Origin: Moniliella sp. 'wahieum'
Lineage: Eukaryota
Reading direction: 5' to 3'
Assembly: GCA_003971905.1 (NCBI GenBank)
Contig: RSEE01000018.1
Span: 124,001-188,000 of the forward strand
Length of the DNA: 64,000 bases
Made by a program: the position numbers and the translations under genes. Below the pieces are notes generated by a model. The model had not been told where the DNA came from. It ran no database searches and saw nothing but the letters and a program-made list of their open reading frames with translations. Within the stretch, counting starts at the first letter, position 1, and every line of letters begins with the position of its first letter. Of this stretch, positions 36,748 through 51,295 are shown piece after piece.

Positions 36748-39700
36748 GGTGGGGGTGGTGCTGGGGGGGGTGGTGCTGGTGGGGGTGATGCTGGTGGTGG
36801 CTGAAAGAAAAGACAACAGACAGGAGGAGGAGGAATGCACCAAGAGGCGGTGGAGAAGGCAGGCGCGGCGAGGCGCGGGAAATGAGTGATGTGAGACGGG
36901 GATTTGTAGTGGCAGGGGTGCAGCGGCTGGAGTGGCCAAGTGCGGGAGGCAGGGCAGGTGCTGGCTGGTATTTAGGCGCCGGAAACGCAGGGCAGCGCAG
37001 CGCCAGCCACGGCGCGTGCGAGCAAAGGCGACGCAGCGCTAATAATAAACCCGCTCCCGTCGCAGCCAGCGGCGCGGGGCAACACTGGCCCGCCGCGGCC
37101 TGCGAGCCCAGCCGATCAGTCGGGTACTCAGTACAGAGTGAGGAGGACTCAGTCCACGACTCAGTCGGGCACTCGTCCGCAGACGCGCCCTCGCCCAGCA
37201 CGCTGCCCCCTCCTCCGTGCGGCAGCAGCCGCAGCCGCAGCGCCGCGCTCACTCATCGATGAGCCTCATCCACCGCCCTCCGCGCCCTCCTCCCTCGCGT
37301 CCACGCCAGTACATACAACCGGCAGCCCTCAACGTGCCACGCTACCACGTCCCCACCCATCCACCGGCCACCCGCAACGTCCCTCCCTGCCAACGCCCAG
37401 CGCCAGCACCCACCACCCACCGCCCAACCCGCGCTCCTCTCGCCTCGCCTCGCCCTTGCCTGCCTGCTATCCTCCTCTCGGCCGCGGCTGGCCACAGGGG
37501 TGTGATGACATGATGGGAGTGCTGCGCATGGCATCCTGGCGCCAGGGATGGAGCCAGCGTCCGAATTGCAGCGCCAAGCTCCACGCTCCCAGCTGCAAGA
37601 CGCTCCGCGGGGCCTGCGTTGTTCAGTACGTTCATGCATCATGCATGCGTTTCATCACGCCCCATGCTCAGTACTCAGTCTGAGTAGTCACCGATCGCAT
37701 GTCCCTAGTCACTGATCCGCATCATGCATCACGTCAATCACTTGGCAGAACCCAGAATCAGGAATCACCACACCGACCGAAGCGCACCACTGACTGCTGC
37801 AGGGGCAAGCGGCATGGTGCATGTCATGCACGACATGCATGACGCATGACGCATGCGGGAGAATATCGGAATGCGCGCCAGCACATGGCACATGGTCTGC
37901 ATGCGGCAGAAGTTCTGGACAGAACTTCCCCGAGCAGCTGGCGCTGCGCGTTTAGAAGGTATTAGTACTTGGCGGGCTGCGGCACATGGCGGCAAATCTT
38001 TCAAGTTGCAGGTGCCACGCTGGCAAATTATTACTGGGCTGGCACACAACCCCAGACCGCTGCATTCGCATGTCTGTCCGCCATCACATGTCACATGCCG
38101 TGTCACACGTCACAGCCGCCACCCAACCCCCAGCAGGATTGGGATTGGGATGGATTGGCCGATGGTCCATAACCGCAATCCCCCCACGCGCCACGCTTCT
38201 CCCGTGCTTCTCCCGCTCCTCCGCCACCGAAAGAAACAAGGCATTCCTGGTACGCGCTCCGCTCGCCTTCCTATCACCAGTCTCAACCATGGCCCCACCC
38301 TGTCACATGTCAATGTCACCGCCGTCTCTCCAGATCCGCCAGGCGCCAGGCCTCTCCCTGCCCCTCTCCTCCGGCCTCGTGTGTTCTTCCCCAAGTCTGG
38401 TCCACCGCCAGCGTCATGCTCACCGGTCACCGGTCACCGGTCACCGGGGTCACCTAACCGCCGGTCCCGGTCACCGGGTCACCACGGCATGCCTAGCTGC
38501 AGCTACATAGAGCCCATCCAATTTATCCGAGACTCCCCATTTCGTTACGTACTTTTTGTTCCACGCGGTGGATACGGAATGCTTCATGCGCTGAGCCACC
38601 ACAGGCCACTGTGCGGAAAGCCATGCTCAGCTCAGCCTCAGGTCTCCTTAGACTTAGTACTGAGACTCAGTACTCAGTGTGCTAACAGAAAGCCATGCGT
38701 CCCGCCCGGGTCCAACGCCACCCGTCTCTTCCCCCCCAATAAAACCAGCCATTCAAATCGACCCCCCAAACCACCCCTCGCCCCCCAATTTGCAGCGCCA
38801 GATGGTCAGCCTGGCATATCTTGGCAGTGGCAGGCCCAGCGCCTACGCGACGCTCTGCCTGCAGCGCCGCCCCAGGTCAACCATGCAGCCAGCCAGCCGA
38901 ATTTTGTTCCGACAGACACCGGAAAAATAAAAAATAAAACACCAGATCGATGCAATGCTTTTTTTGTGTTCACTAGTCACTAGTCACTCTAGTCACTACG
39001 TTCATTTGCGGCACCCCCGCGCCACCACCACGGAAATATAATCTCTGCTGCACTGCACCTTTGCACCCCCCACGCTGAGGGTAATCGGTAACCGGTAACG
39101 TGCGGATAACGTGTTGGCGTGGTTATAGACGGTAGCATAGTTAACAGGAAGCTTGAAACGGTGCAGGTTGTGCATGCTACACTATAGGCTATACACTCGG
39201 CTACAGTGCCCCGGCACCCGTTTCTCTCCCCTCGTGACAGACCCCTGCTGCTCGAACAGCTCCAGACCCACAGCCCACACCCTCCTACGCACCGATTGCG
39301 TTCAACATATTTGCCACCTGTGCCCTCCCGTCTCCCAGCTCCATGCTGAGGCGGCGGCTCGGCCTGAGCGCTGCGCCTCAGCCCTGAGGCTCAGGAGCGC
39401 GCGCAGCCGAGACGACATACCCCCTGCCGACCACAACGCCTGTCTCTGGTGGGAGAGTATGGGTTAGATCGAGGAGATGTCAAAAGTAGCGTGGAACGTT
39501 GAACATACATACAGCTCATCGAACAGGCCTCAGGAGAAAGCGCTAAATTTTGTACCCAGCAGATGCAAACGTTTCGAGTATACGTTTTCACCTCGGCACC
39601 GCCACGCCGACAACCTGCTCCGGGCACTCCAGCAGAGGCCGGCGGGCCATCGAAATATAGATTGTCAGCTTCAAGCTTCAAGCTTCAAGTCCGTAGTGGA

Positions 39701-42700
39701 GCTAGGGCCTGCTGGAGCACCCAAGTGGGTAGCACGACGGATATAGCAGAACTGGGGATCGCCTCGATACACGTGAGATGCCGAACAACGTGGTTTCCGC
39801 CGGTAACGCTCACGTGTACCGATCACCGGGCACGTGGTTCGTCAGGGTCTCTCGATATTCGCGCGCTCGGTGGGCCGTGGGTGGGGTAAAAGATGGCCAG
39901 CAAGCATATGTCTAGGTCCGGGGCGAGATGCATGATGATCGATGGGGCTGGGGCCTTGGAAGAGACCGGCGGGGAGGCCGGAGAGGAAGGGGCAAGTGCA
40001 AGTGCACTCAGGGCGTAGAGCAAAGACAGGACCACCGTGGGCTGGACGACTCCGTGGGCCTTACAAACCGTAGTCTAGACTTTCGCGTGGAGCCACCAGG
40101 CACCATGGTCCACATCTAGACCACGTCCATTTCATTGACAGAGCTTAAGGCTGGGGCAGGGGGAACGCTACGTCTAGACTAACCGTTCATCTTGCGGGGG
40201 TTACTTGGAAGCGCCACCAAGGTTAAGGAACCAGCGGGATCGCCAGGATATCAGGACCCTCCGGTTTCATCCGGCCCCGTAACCTAGGAAGCGGGTGGAC
40301 ACGGATGAAGTGGTTGACATCCGAGCGGGAACCATTTCCACTGAGACTTGTAGCCAATCCTCCAATGCGCAAACAACTGCCCGCCGTCTGGTGCCGTAGT
40401 ATCCTCGCGTCGTCATAACAGGGGGAAAAACGGCTCTTGAGTGCGTCGACTATATTAAAATCCAACGGGGTGTGCACCACTCTTTTACATAAGCATCGCG
40501 TAAGCCACCGGGGGCGCAGCCAGCACGCCAGCCAGCGCGTATCGTGTGATATTGTTTCCAGCGTGGAAGGGTTCACGCGTGGAACGGGGCTACGGTGGCG
40601 ATGGTGGGCGGGGGGAAGGTGGCTAAGGTGGCGACGCAGCCACAAGCTGGGGCGAAGCCCCAGCCGACGGGCCGTAGGCCGGTGGTCCTCCTCGTACCAA
40701 TTATCTCGGGGGTGTGGGGGTAGCCTCAGTTTAGATTACTGCTCGAGAGCCAAAGTCGGAATCCGTGGCTCTGTGCGGGAAAGGGATAGAGAACGGTACA
40801 ACATCAGTCTGGTAAGGCAAAGCAAAGGTTCGCTGGTGGGGCCAGAAGGCCATAGGTGATCTGTTTAACACCACACTGACATCTGCGGCGCGCCTCCACA
40901 TCCACTCGAGCTGAGGGTATAGGGGGGGGGGAATGGCGGTTTGCCCGGGGTCAGTGGAGAGGCCGTTTATCTCTTTCATTAACGCCCCCTTCCCCGTGTT
41001 CGATTACTATGTTCCATTCCTGGAGCCCCGAAGGATAGCATGCTGCATCAACGCAACACCACATATTCGCGGTCGCATCGTTTGTGTCCCATTCAAAAGT
41101 CTTGCCGGTGCCCAAGGCGAAGACCGAGGACCACATGATCCCGACCAAGTTTGCGCCACCATCTAAACCGAATAACAAGAGGCCTATTTCTCTCGAATGA
41201 TATCAGCATACCACACCGCAACAAGCCAATGTGTTTTCATGGTTCGCAGGTGGCCGTCGCTTCTGACCCTGGCGCATGGCGTTTGGTCGTATTAGGGTGA
41301 TCCAGCCTCTATGCCAACGGAGTCTGTCTTCCACATCGGGACGGGATAGTGAGGAGGGCACAGTGTATGTGGATGAGGGCCTGGGCGCTGGCGTTCAAGA
41401 AAGTGGTAGTGAATAGTATAAGAGGTATAAGAATGACGCCATGCAGAAAGGCGGTGCGCATGTGTATGCCTCGTCATCATCGGATTGTGTTGGCCGTAAG
41501 AGTTGGAGAAGGGGGGGGGGGGAGCACAGGTTGGACAAGAGAAGAGGATTGCAATGAATCCGCATCCGATCGTGTGCGGAGGCTGGCTTCCTTCTGGCTC
41601 TGGCATTTCCTCCTTCTTCGTTCGCCTTCTTGTAGCGCATCAAGAGCGTATGCGTTCCAAAGGCCATTCGCTTCATTATTATAGGACCGCGATATAGTTT
41701 CTTTTGTTTGTATGGCGCCCAGGGGCTGCATTTACTAATAGTTGGGAGGGGCTACTTCCAAGTGTTTCGACGTCCTGCAAGTCCAACCACCAAAAGTAGA
41801 CTACAGACGACCACATGTTTACCTGGACAGGCCTCCCGCACACCACGGACGACGGAGAAGTTTGCGTAACCACAAAGGAAGAGCGGCTAGATCATCTAGG
41901 GCGCGGTGAATCCGCCGTGTGCGGGTAAGAACGCTCATGGGCCACGAAGCGACTGGCAATTCCACCTCACGTAGCACAGAGGGGGGGGGGGGGGAAGAAC
42001 AGGCTGCGGGCGAGCATGTGCAACCAGCTTTTCATTGGTACTGCGCCCCTCCTTTGACAAGGGGGGAAATGGGTGGAGCAACGAAATGGCGGTGGGCCAA
42101 CATACTGGAACTGGCGATCCAAGATGGTGATGAGGGTACCTTGCTGGATCCATCGGCACCCAAGCTTATGTCGTGGTCATTCTTAGTATGCGTATGGGCG
42201 AAAGACAAGTGAACAGATATGCCAATGAGAGGTCTGAAGGTATTGGCCCTTGTTTCATGAAGCACCAGGTGGAGGGATGATCGATGAGTACATGAGTTGG
42301 GAAAAGAACTTATCTGGGGTCCCTGATGGGCCCAGAAGGGCAACTGAGAAACGTAATGAGCAAAGGATCAGCCGCGATTCAGATTGTGCTCAGCACCGAC
42401 GAGATGGTAGTGGATGAGCAGGTCAGTTGGAAACAATAGAGGTAGGTATATAGGAAGAGCGAGGCAATGGTGCAGGTAGAGTGTGCAAGAAGGGAAGGGG
42501 GCACCGTGAATTGGACTGAAGCGATGATGAATCAACCCATGAATGACAACTGAAGTCCAGTACAACATCGGAACCACTTGGCCTGGCATATCGAGCGGAC
42601 CGAATGGTTGATGGGATGGGGTCCAGGTCCATAAGACACCTCTAGGATGGTGAAATGTCTTCCCTGGCCTGTGTGCAGATGTGCTATATCTGGCTCGATA

Positions 42701-45700
42701 ATGTCATGGCAGTCAATGAAACGCGAGTTGTCGAGCCCCGCTAACACCACTTGCCTTAAGGCTTAAGTGACGCTTGGGGAGGGGGGCACTCTTTCATTGA
42801 GCTGCTGCCAGTGTTTATGCCAAGGGCATCATGACATGAGCTGAATGAGCCTCTCAATCGCTGGATTGGAAGCATGGTACCTGCTTGACTTCCTTATTCA
42901 CCATGTGCTGTGAGCCTTTTCCAACCCAATCAAGAGGTCAGAGGCCCACCCGTACCTCGGACCGTGTCTCTGGCTTCCGCCATAGATCGCTTTCAAACCC
43001 GCGACTGACCGTGGCAGGCATGTGAGCAGGGAACCAGTTCCAACGAGACTCGCGGTATCCAGTGCGCAACACATTCTTGCCAATTTTGGCGGCATAGTAC
43101 CCGCCATATCTCATCATGACCACTGGAGGGAAGAACAGCTTTGGAGTGAGTTCCTCGTACTTGGCGTTCTTGTGGCGTTCCCCTTGCTCCAGCAGCCGAT
43201 GCATGCAACCCCTTCTCCTGCGCTGCCGTCTCCGCGTGTACCACCTTCATCGGACACGCAGTCTGGACTCCTTTGTACCCGAGAGCCCCTCAGGATATGT
43301 GATTCACCGCCATCCCTGATCCTCCAAATGCTCTTTTGGTCGCAACACTCGGTAATCCGTGCCTTGGGCCTACCTCCCCCAACACATTTCCTCTTCTTCC
43401 TTCACAGTCAGCTCATTGAGAACAAGGGACGTTCCCGGGTGGAGCCCAGAGATTATATAGGCTTGGGGAACGGCTTCACACAATCTCATGCAACGCGCTC
43501 AACTTTGGGTGCACATGCGGGCCAAGAGGTGCTCTAGCCACGACATCCGTCCACCCTTGCACTTTTCCTGGGTAGCAAGGACACAGGGCGCGAAGTTGGC
43601 GACGAATCTGGACCGAGGAACGGCACAGGGCACGAAGTTGGAGACGAATCTGGGCCTACTTGTTGGTCAGCTCGAAGCTCATGGCTGCGGGTATGGAGGT
43701 CAGCCAGGTGCCGCAGAGCGCACGCGCTGTGCTCAACCACGCATTGTAGCCATCGACCTCTTGTTGATGTTTCTTGAGTAGCTCTGGTCAAACGCTCCTC
43801 CCATCTCTTTTTCCTGCAGCGCTGGCAGCAACTGATCTGAAAATGTTCGTCTCCGTCGTCGGCCCTCTTCAGACAGGGAGCTTGGCGACATGAATATTGA
43901 ATGTCAAACCCAAAGTGAGGTAGTGGCGTCCCTTCTCGGTGACATGCGACATGGAATGCAAGCTTGGCAGAAGGTGGCGGACTGGGGGCCGCGATGGTGT
44001 GGGGGCGGGCGGATGGAGCTTCTACAACCTTTCATTGGGACTTACGCCAGAATGCACTGCTCTGATGCAGGGGAAGCACATTTGTCAGTAACCTGGAAGC
44101 TTCAACCTCTTGGTGCATCCCATCGAGGGCGATGGTCGATGGTAGGCGATGGTGGCAAGGGCGGTGCCGGTGATGCCGATGATGACGATGACATCAATAG
44201 CAGGTGTTGGCTAGACCGCGAGAAGACGGCCAGGGGCCGGAGGAAGCCGTCGCCCACTGAATGGCTAATGGCGGGCGACCGGGGATCGTGCGGACACGGG
44301 GATGACCTGCTGCCACACCGGTCAGGTGCGGGGCGTCGGACGAGGGGGGGGCAACCGGTTGGCGCGCTGCCCGCGCTGAGCGCCGAGGCGCTGAGGGGGC
44401 AGGGCAGCTGCCAAGCCTGCATGTCCAGATACTGGCCTGGTGCGGGTATGACTGTCTCACAAAGATCTCAGACGGGGCCAGCGCGATGTCGACAGCGCAG
44501 TTCGTGAAACCGGCAGAAGGCACCGCGAAATTTACAGCGCAACACTAAGTATGGCGCGCGCCGCAGCGGCAGTGCCTGAGTGCCCAGGCTGAGCTCGGGT
44601 GGCCAAGCGCCCAAGCAGGCTTAACGTCCAGCGCCCTCCGCCCGTATATCCGCAACGCAAGGCACGGCTGGGCGATGCATAGTGGCGCCGTGCCCCGCAT
44701 GTGCGTGCGGCGGCTGTATTGGTTCTGCGACAGCTGGCCACACGAACGTCGAACCCTTGTGACAAAAACGTAAGGACGCCCGCCCGGCACTACGGGGCAA
44801 CCTCCTCACACACACACCATGTGCCAGCTGTGCGAGCTGCTTGCAGGCTCTCAGCGTCCCAGGGCCTTCCTCGTGCCTGCCCATCGACCATCCCCTGCGG
44901 CACCCGCGCTATTTGCGCGTGCGCGTGACAGCTGCGGTGCTGGCTTCCTGGCCCAGCACCCAGCGCACCCCGTTCGCCAGCTTCAAGCTTCAATATTCAA
45001 TGCTCTACGAGGGCGTTGTCAGGTGGACGGTTGGTCCGTTCGTCGGCCTGACCTGCTTTGGGAGGAGGAAGGGAGGAAGTACGTGTACGCCGCACCCTCG
45101 AGCCAACACCGCCCTCGCCTGTTTATGTATTATCGACGAACGATAATCGATAATCGATCATCGATAATCGAGATAATCGACTATCAGTCCAAGCTATCCA
45201 AACCTGACGGGCGGCTTGGTGGGCAGGCAGTTGGCACTGCACTCCTGAGGCTCAGCGGCTGAGCGCAGCCCGGGCGTGGTGGCGATAGTCGATAGCCGCC
45301 AAACCAACCGATACCACTAAGCCGGACCAAAGTTCGCACGGGGCTACTGACGGGAAAACGGAGAAGGACGCGGGTAGGTGGCCGCCGCCCTGCCCCTTCT
45401 TGGGCGGCAAGCACCCTGCCTTGCTCCGCCGCGTGCGATTGAGGGGGGGGCAATCGACCCGTGCCTTGGGCACCGAGCTTGTGTGCGTCGGTGTGGTCCT
45501 GGTGCGCCCCCTGGTGCTGCGTCGTCCTGCGACACGGCGTGTGTGCCTGCATGCTGGGCGCCACGCGTCACACACCCACTCATCATCGTGCATCGTCACG
45601 GGTGGGCGCTGCCTGGGGGGCAGCCTGGGGCAGCCGGCAGCGCAAAAAGCGCTCTGCGTTCGACAGGAACGGCAGGCAACCCCAACGCGCCGCCCCCCGT

Positions 45701-45978
45701 CTGCGCTCGGCAGGCACACGCGGGCACCCCTTGCTGATTTCAGATCTCAGTTCTCAGATCGCAGGTCTCAGGCTGGGCGCCTGACCTGGGCGCACCCCCC
45801 CCCACCCACCGCGCAAGCCCGAGGCATGGATGGGACAGCGGCGCGGTGCGGCGGAAAAAAATCAAGAGGGGCGGAACTGTGCGAAGAGTGGGTTTCGCGC
45901 GGCCACACTGCTGCTGTGCCTGCGCTGGCGCGTGTGGGCGCTGCTCCTCCCCAGTGTGGCTTTGGCTCCTCGGCGCCA

Positions 45979-45984
45979 TATATA
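45979..45984 (+). promoter_or_regulatory. Putative TATA box of the amino-acid permease gene
   Basis: TATATA in a GC-rich context, about 112 bp upstream of the ATG at 46096. Confidence 0.45.
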
Positions 45985-46095
45985 GCCCGGCTGGGCCTCT
46001 GCAGGTGCTCGGTCGCAGCTGTCACCGCCACCGCACCACTCTTCCTCCCTCGCCTCCATCGGACCAGAGCGGGCGCTCCTCAGCTCTTCTTCACC

Positions 46096-47929
46096 ATGTC
46101 CGACTTCGTTGCGCCTGTGCATGCACCCCCCCTTGGCGATGACAAGAGCATGGCCAAGTTCCCCAGCAACGCCGATCTGCCCACCACGCACGTCGTCGCC
46201 GCTGGCGAGGACCAGCGTCACTTGTCGGATGACGACGAGCTGGCCGAGCGCATGGGCCATCACAGCGAATTTGCTCGTGAGTTCAAGAGCATGAGCACCA
46301 TCTCCTTTGCCTTTTCCATCATGTGCGTATTCACCACCGTTCTTCCCCCCTACCCTCTCTGTCCTTGGGCGCGTTTGGCGCAGCCCCCGCCCGTCCCCGA
46401 GCCCATCAAACTGACTGTTATCGCAGGGGTCTCGTTTCCTCTGTCGCCACCACGTTCAACTCGCCATACCAATCTGGTGGCCCCACTGCTGTCGTTTGGG
46501 CCTGGTTCATGGGTTCCTGCTTTAACCTCACCCTCGGTTCGGCCATTGCTGAGCTCGTCTCGGCCTACCTTCGGCTGGTGGCCTGTACTCTGCTGCTGGT
46601 CTGGTGGTTCCCCGCCGCTGGCGCCGTTGGTTGCTTGGGTTACTGGCTGGCTCAACTTTACTGGCCAGATTGCCGGCATTGCCGGCACGGCGTGGGGGTT
46701 GTCTTCGATGCTCTGGGCGTACGCGTATGTGGCCAATGGATACATCCCCGCCCAACAGCTACGGTTCCAACACGGGCGCCTATGTCGGCCTGTACATTGC
46801 CATCATGGTCATTCACGGTGCGATCTGCTGCTTCCCCAACAATGGCTGGCCCGCTTCACCTCAAGCTATGTGTTTATCAACTTGGGTGCAACTGTCGTCA
46901 CGTCCATCGTGTGCCTCGCTCGTACGCCCTCGGACCAGATGTTGAGCTCGCACGATGCCGTGGGCAACCTCCAAGACCTGACTGGCTGGGGCTCCAAGGC
47001 CATGGGCCTCTTTGTCGGCTTGCAATCGGTCCAGTTTGTCATGACGGACTATGACGCGAGTGCGCACATGTCTGAGGACATTGCGCGTGCCTCGTTTGCT
47101 GCTCCGGTGGCCATCTTTGTTGCTGTAGTAGGCACCGGGTTGTTTGGCCTCTTCCTCAACATTGCCCTCGTCTACTCTTCTGGTGGAATGGACTTGAGTG
47201 ATGTGACCACTATGCCCGGAGAGCTGATCTTTGCTCAGATTCTGCGCGTGCGTGCTACCAAAGTGGGCTTCCTCATTATCTGGCCCTTCATTATGGCCAC
47301 GGCCTGGTTTGTCATTCAAACCGCGCTCCAGGCCAATGCTCGCTCCTTCTATGCCTTCTCGCGCGATGGTGGCTTGCCCGACCGCAAGTTCTTTGCCAAG
47401 GTTAGCAAGAAGACCAAGCAGACGGTCAATGCGTCTGGCTCGTCGTCTTCCTTTGCATCATTCTCATTTTCCTTGCGTTTGCCTCGCGGGTCGCCGTGAC
47501 GGCGATCTTTTCCCTGTCGGCTGTGGGTATGGACACGTCCTACCTCATCCCCATTGTCTGCCGCCAAATTTTCCAAAACCACCCCGACGTGCAATTCAAG
47601 CCGGGTCCCTTTATCTCGGCCAAGGCCTGCTGTCGCGCGTGGTGAACGGCATTGCCATTGTTTGGACGTCGTTTGAGGTGACGGTGCTGTGCTTCCCGGT
47701 GATTCGGGACTATGACGCGTCGACGTTCAATTACTCGTGGGTCGTTGCGTTGGGAATTTTGTTGCTGGCAATGATTTGGTACGCGGCGTATGCGTGGCGC
47801 ACGTACCACGGCCCCGTCTCGTCGCTGCACAAGTCCCAGCTCGACAAGCTGGGCGTGGTGGACCGCGACAATGACCCCAGTGCCGAGTCGGACAGCCGGC
47901 CCGACACGCAGTCGGAAAAGGACCTTTGA
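46096..47929 (+). CDS. APC-superfamily amino acid/GABA/choline permease (UGA4/HNM1-like)
   Basis: LAERMGHHSEFAREFKSMSTISFAFSIM, SGGPTAVVWAWFMG..AIAELVSAY, WVTGWLNFTGQ, MTDYDASAHMSED and ANARSFYAFSRDGGLP. Intron after ..FSIM; stop at 47927-47929. Confidence 0.9.
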
Positions 47930-48904
47930 AGAGCGCACCCCCCCCATCTTTTTGGGTTTGCTGGATACCTGTTTTTGCTTTTTGCTGGGCTTCACCCTGT
48001 CTATATATCGCACCGGGCCGTCGGCTTGGCATTGCTTCTGTCGGCGTTGTGGCCTCGCACCAACTACTTCACCTTCCACATCTTGTACGACTAGAAAAAC
48101 ACAAATTGATGATCGATCAATCGCTTTAATGTTCCTCCGGCTCTTCTCTCGACGCACGTCGTGTGATATAGAAAACAACCCACTACTAGTAGGATGGGAC
48201 GAACCAGATGATTTTCAGCCCTGGTTCGGGGTAACCGGTAATTGGGATGGGTTGACTTGCCGCTCGGTGCTGGGGGTTCTTCTTGCAGTTGGGAAAGATC
48301 ATCGCCGATTGGGGCGCACTATATTTATGTGGAGCACACAGGGAGGGAATTTCACCGTTCCAACGCACCTTTTCGGGGGTCCACCGTGCATTGGAGAGGG
48401 GCAAGCATGGTTGGTGTGGTACGTCAGGCAGCGATAGACGAGCGGGCGAGAGTCGGTGATACGCGAGCCAAGATGAGGGCGAGTGTGGCCAGGGGGCGGA
48501 AGGACTTGCCCTGAAAGGCACCACGTTGGACCAGAGCCTCCTTTATCTTGCTGCAGACCTGGGTGACAGCCAGAGCGCTCGGGCTATGGCGGCCGGTGGA
48601 TTGGGGGGGAGCGCCCCTCAGCGGCGCAGCCCGCACGGCGTCCGACATGGCCACGAAACAGGCGGCACAGGTACGGTGGGCCGAGTCGACTTGAACGTTC
48701 AATGTTAATGTTCAATGCGCCCTGGGACAATCGGCCACCTGTCACGTGCCCCACTCACACGCCTCGTCCGCCCCCGCCGGCTGGTCCCGGGCCGGCCGTG
48801 CACATCCGGCTGCGCCGTTGAAAAGATGCCCGCTTCCGGCCGGCCCTCCCGCCAGGCCACCCCGCCGTCCTCGCTGCCGCCACCGACCTCGCCACTTGCC
48901 CCCC

Positions 48905-49862
48905 ATGTCCGCCACCCCGGACGTGCCAGACACCTCCGCTCTCGTCCACCCGCCGCCGCGCACCGCCACCGACAATGTGCTCGGCTGCTTCCACCGCCTC
49001 CCGCCCCTGCCTGCCCTCGACCACCTCCTCCGCTTTCTTTCCACTTGGGGCGGCACCGACAAGGCGCTGATGCTGACCCAGTATGGCTCAAGATTGTCAT
49101 TGCACTCTTGCGTCTGTCTGCCCTTGTGCGCTTGCGCGCGTCGGCCAAGAGCGCGCCTTCCCTCGACTCGGCCTCCATCGCGCTCGTCCCGCCACTATCT
49201 AAGCTGAGCGCACTTGCTCCGACGCTCGTGTGCTCTACCGCATTTGGACCACCCTGGGCATTGTCCAGTGGATGGTATCCATGGAGCGCACGCCGCCGCT
49301 AACAAGACCTTGCTCAATATTGAGCGTCTTCAAGGCTGGAGCATGCTCATTTATGGACCCCTCGAGGCAGCCGCCTACCTTGCTGGGCACGGGATCCTGC
49401 CCATCTCGGTGCCAGCTCAGAACAAGCTCTGGCTCCACTCTTGCCGGCTGTGGGCTGCCTACACGGTCCTTCAGCTCGCCCACATTGCTGAGGACAGCCG
49501 CTTGCTCCGTGCCGATGCCCGAGCATTGGCCAAGAGCGCTCGTGCCCCCCCGCCCCGCTTTCCACTGCCTCGGCCTCGGCTGTAGCCGAAAAGGTGCCAT
49601 CGTCGGCATCCAAGTTGCAAGAGGCCAAAAAGCGTTGGCCCAGCGCAAGGATGCTTTGATCACCGACTTGTTTGTCCAACTAGGTTACCTTCCCTGACTG
49701 CTCACTGGTACGTTGTTCCTCCCGCACGACCACAGGGCCGCACGCTAACCTTGGCTCTAGGTCCCTCGAGGCTGGCTTCCTGCCGGACGTTTGGTGGTGG
49801 GTGTGTTTGGGGTTATTGCCTGCGCTGCTGGTATTCGGCGTACATGGGCGGCAACTGCGTGA
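48905..49862 (+). CDS. PEX11: PEX11-family peroxisomal membrane protein (PEX11C-like)
   Basis: LDHLLRFLSTWGGTDKALMLTQY, IERLQGWSMLIYGPLE, KLWLHSCRLWAAY and LGYLPLTAHWSLEAG. Intron 49708-49760 (GTACGT..GCTAAC..TAG). Confidence 0.8.
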
Positions 49863-51295
49863 CCTGCTTACTAGCTGCTTACATCTTTGATGTACATACT
49901 AATTGTATCGTTCGGCGTTGCAGCCGATGAGCTAGACCTCCAGCGGCAAAATTAGCCAATACACTTGAAGAGGTTGGACCGCTAGTTACCGGTTACAGGT
50001 TTATGGGTGGTACTAGGATTACCGGCCACCGGTTGAGGGGGTACCGGGCCGTTTTGTGGTCCGGTTCTCACGAAGCGAGTTGCTAGTGTATGTTACGGGC
50101 TTGTGCCGAGGCACTTCGTGCGCGCGGGTATGTGGAAAGAACGAGCTTGGGTGGTTTGTAGCCAGGCAACCAAGCTTGCAGTATTGAAGGCGACAACTAG
50201 GACGCGTGGGAGCTGAGCTCAGCTGTTTGGACTGGAGGAGACCCATCGGGGATGGGCGCATTGCAGCAGAATCAATATCCGTTCAATATCATTCCAGGGG
50301 GCATTTGGCAAAGGGAAATGTGCATCCCCTGCATGCACCTCTTCGGAATCATTTGGGATCGGTGTAGCTGGCTGCTCACGGATCCTAAAGCCTATAACTC
50401 ATGCGCCTAGGTCAACCAATCTTTCAAGGGGCCCGGTTCAACCTGCGAGAGCAACGTCACTTTTGCTATGGTAATGCGGAACAGAAGCACTTCGCCGTTG
50501 CAGCCTCGTCATGCTAGAACGGGGTCCATCTGGTGTGTACGGGGCGCTGGTACCCGCGTCCATGTTTGATTAGCTTAATTCATGAAACGACTGATGGAAG
50601 ACCAACAAGTGGAGCAGGTATTGAACCGCTGTGTTGCCTATATCACGGGATGGGGAGGGAGGGGGGGCGGACTGGAGTCTCAACAACAACCGTTTTCAAC
50701 GGCCTCAATCTTTGTGGCCTACATATTGAACGGAAAGTGGATCGTGGAGGGACACATGTTGTCCGGCTCAAGCCCCTCAATAGAGAACACCGTCACACAA
50801 TACAGCTCAAAGGCTCCAATGGGTCAGACTGAAAGACAAGGTGATGGCAAACGAAGCGCATGTCAACTTGCCTCCGCTTGCAAGACCACAGAGGTCGTCA
50901 TCAATCGCAGACCATAACCAAATTGGGAAGGTTGAACAGACCATGCAACACCGGGAGGAGACGAGTGTGATGGAGGGCTGATCAGAAGCTCAATGGACCA
51001 GGAATGTAAAAAGTCCTTGTAGACAAAATGAAAAGCCCCAAAGCAGTAGAGGAGTGCACTCCTGGAGGCACTCAGACGCCACTGAAAGTCATTGGCCCCA
51101 ATTGATGTGCCTATTCCACACCAGTGCACGGGAACAGGGCATGAAGGGAGGAGGGAACGAAGGAACTCTGCCGTGCCTCCCAATGCAATAAAGGGGAGGA
51201 CCGGGGCCAAGAAACGCGATGAAGAAACTGAAGGCAGAACGGGTGACGTGGTCTAGGCCATGGATGTTCAGGTCGTTGCGCTGCCACTGTGAACG

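Noticed and set aside
42532..42750. Ulp1-like protease motif (HTGQGRHFTILEV)
   Set aside because: Only a weak His-strand resemblance; the downstream Asp and Gln-Cys motifs were not found.
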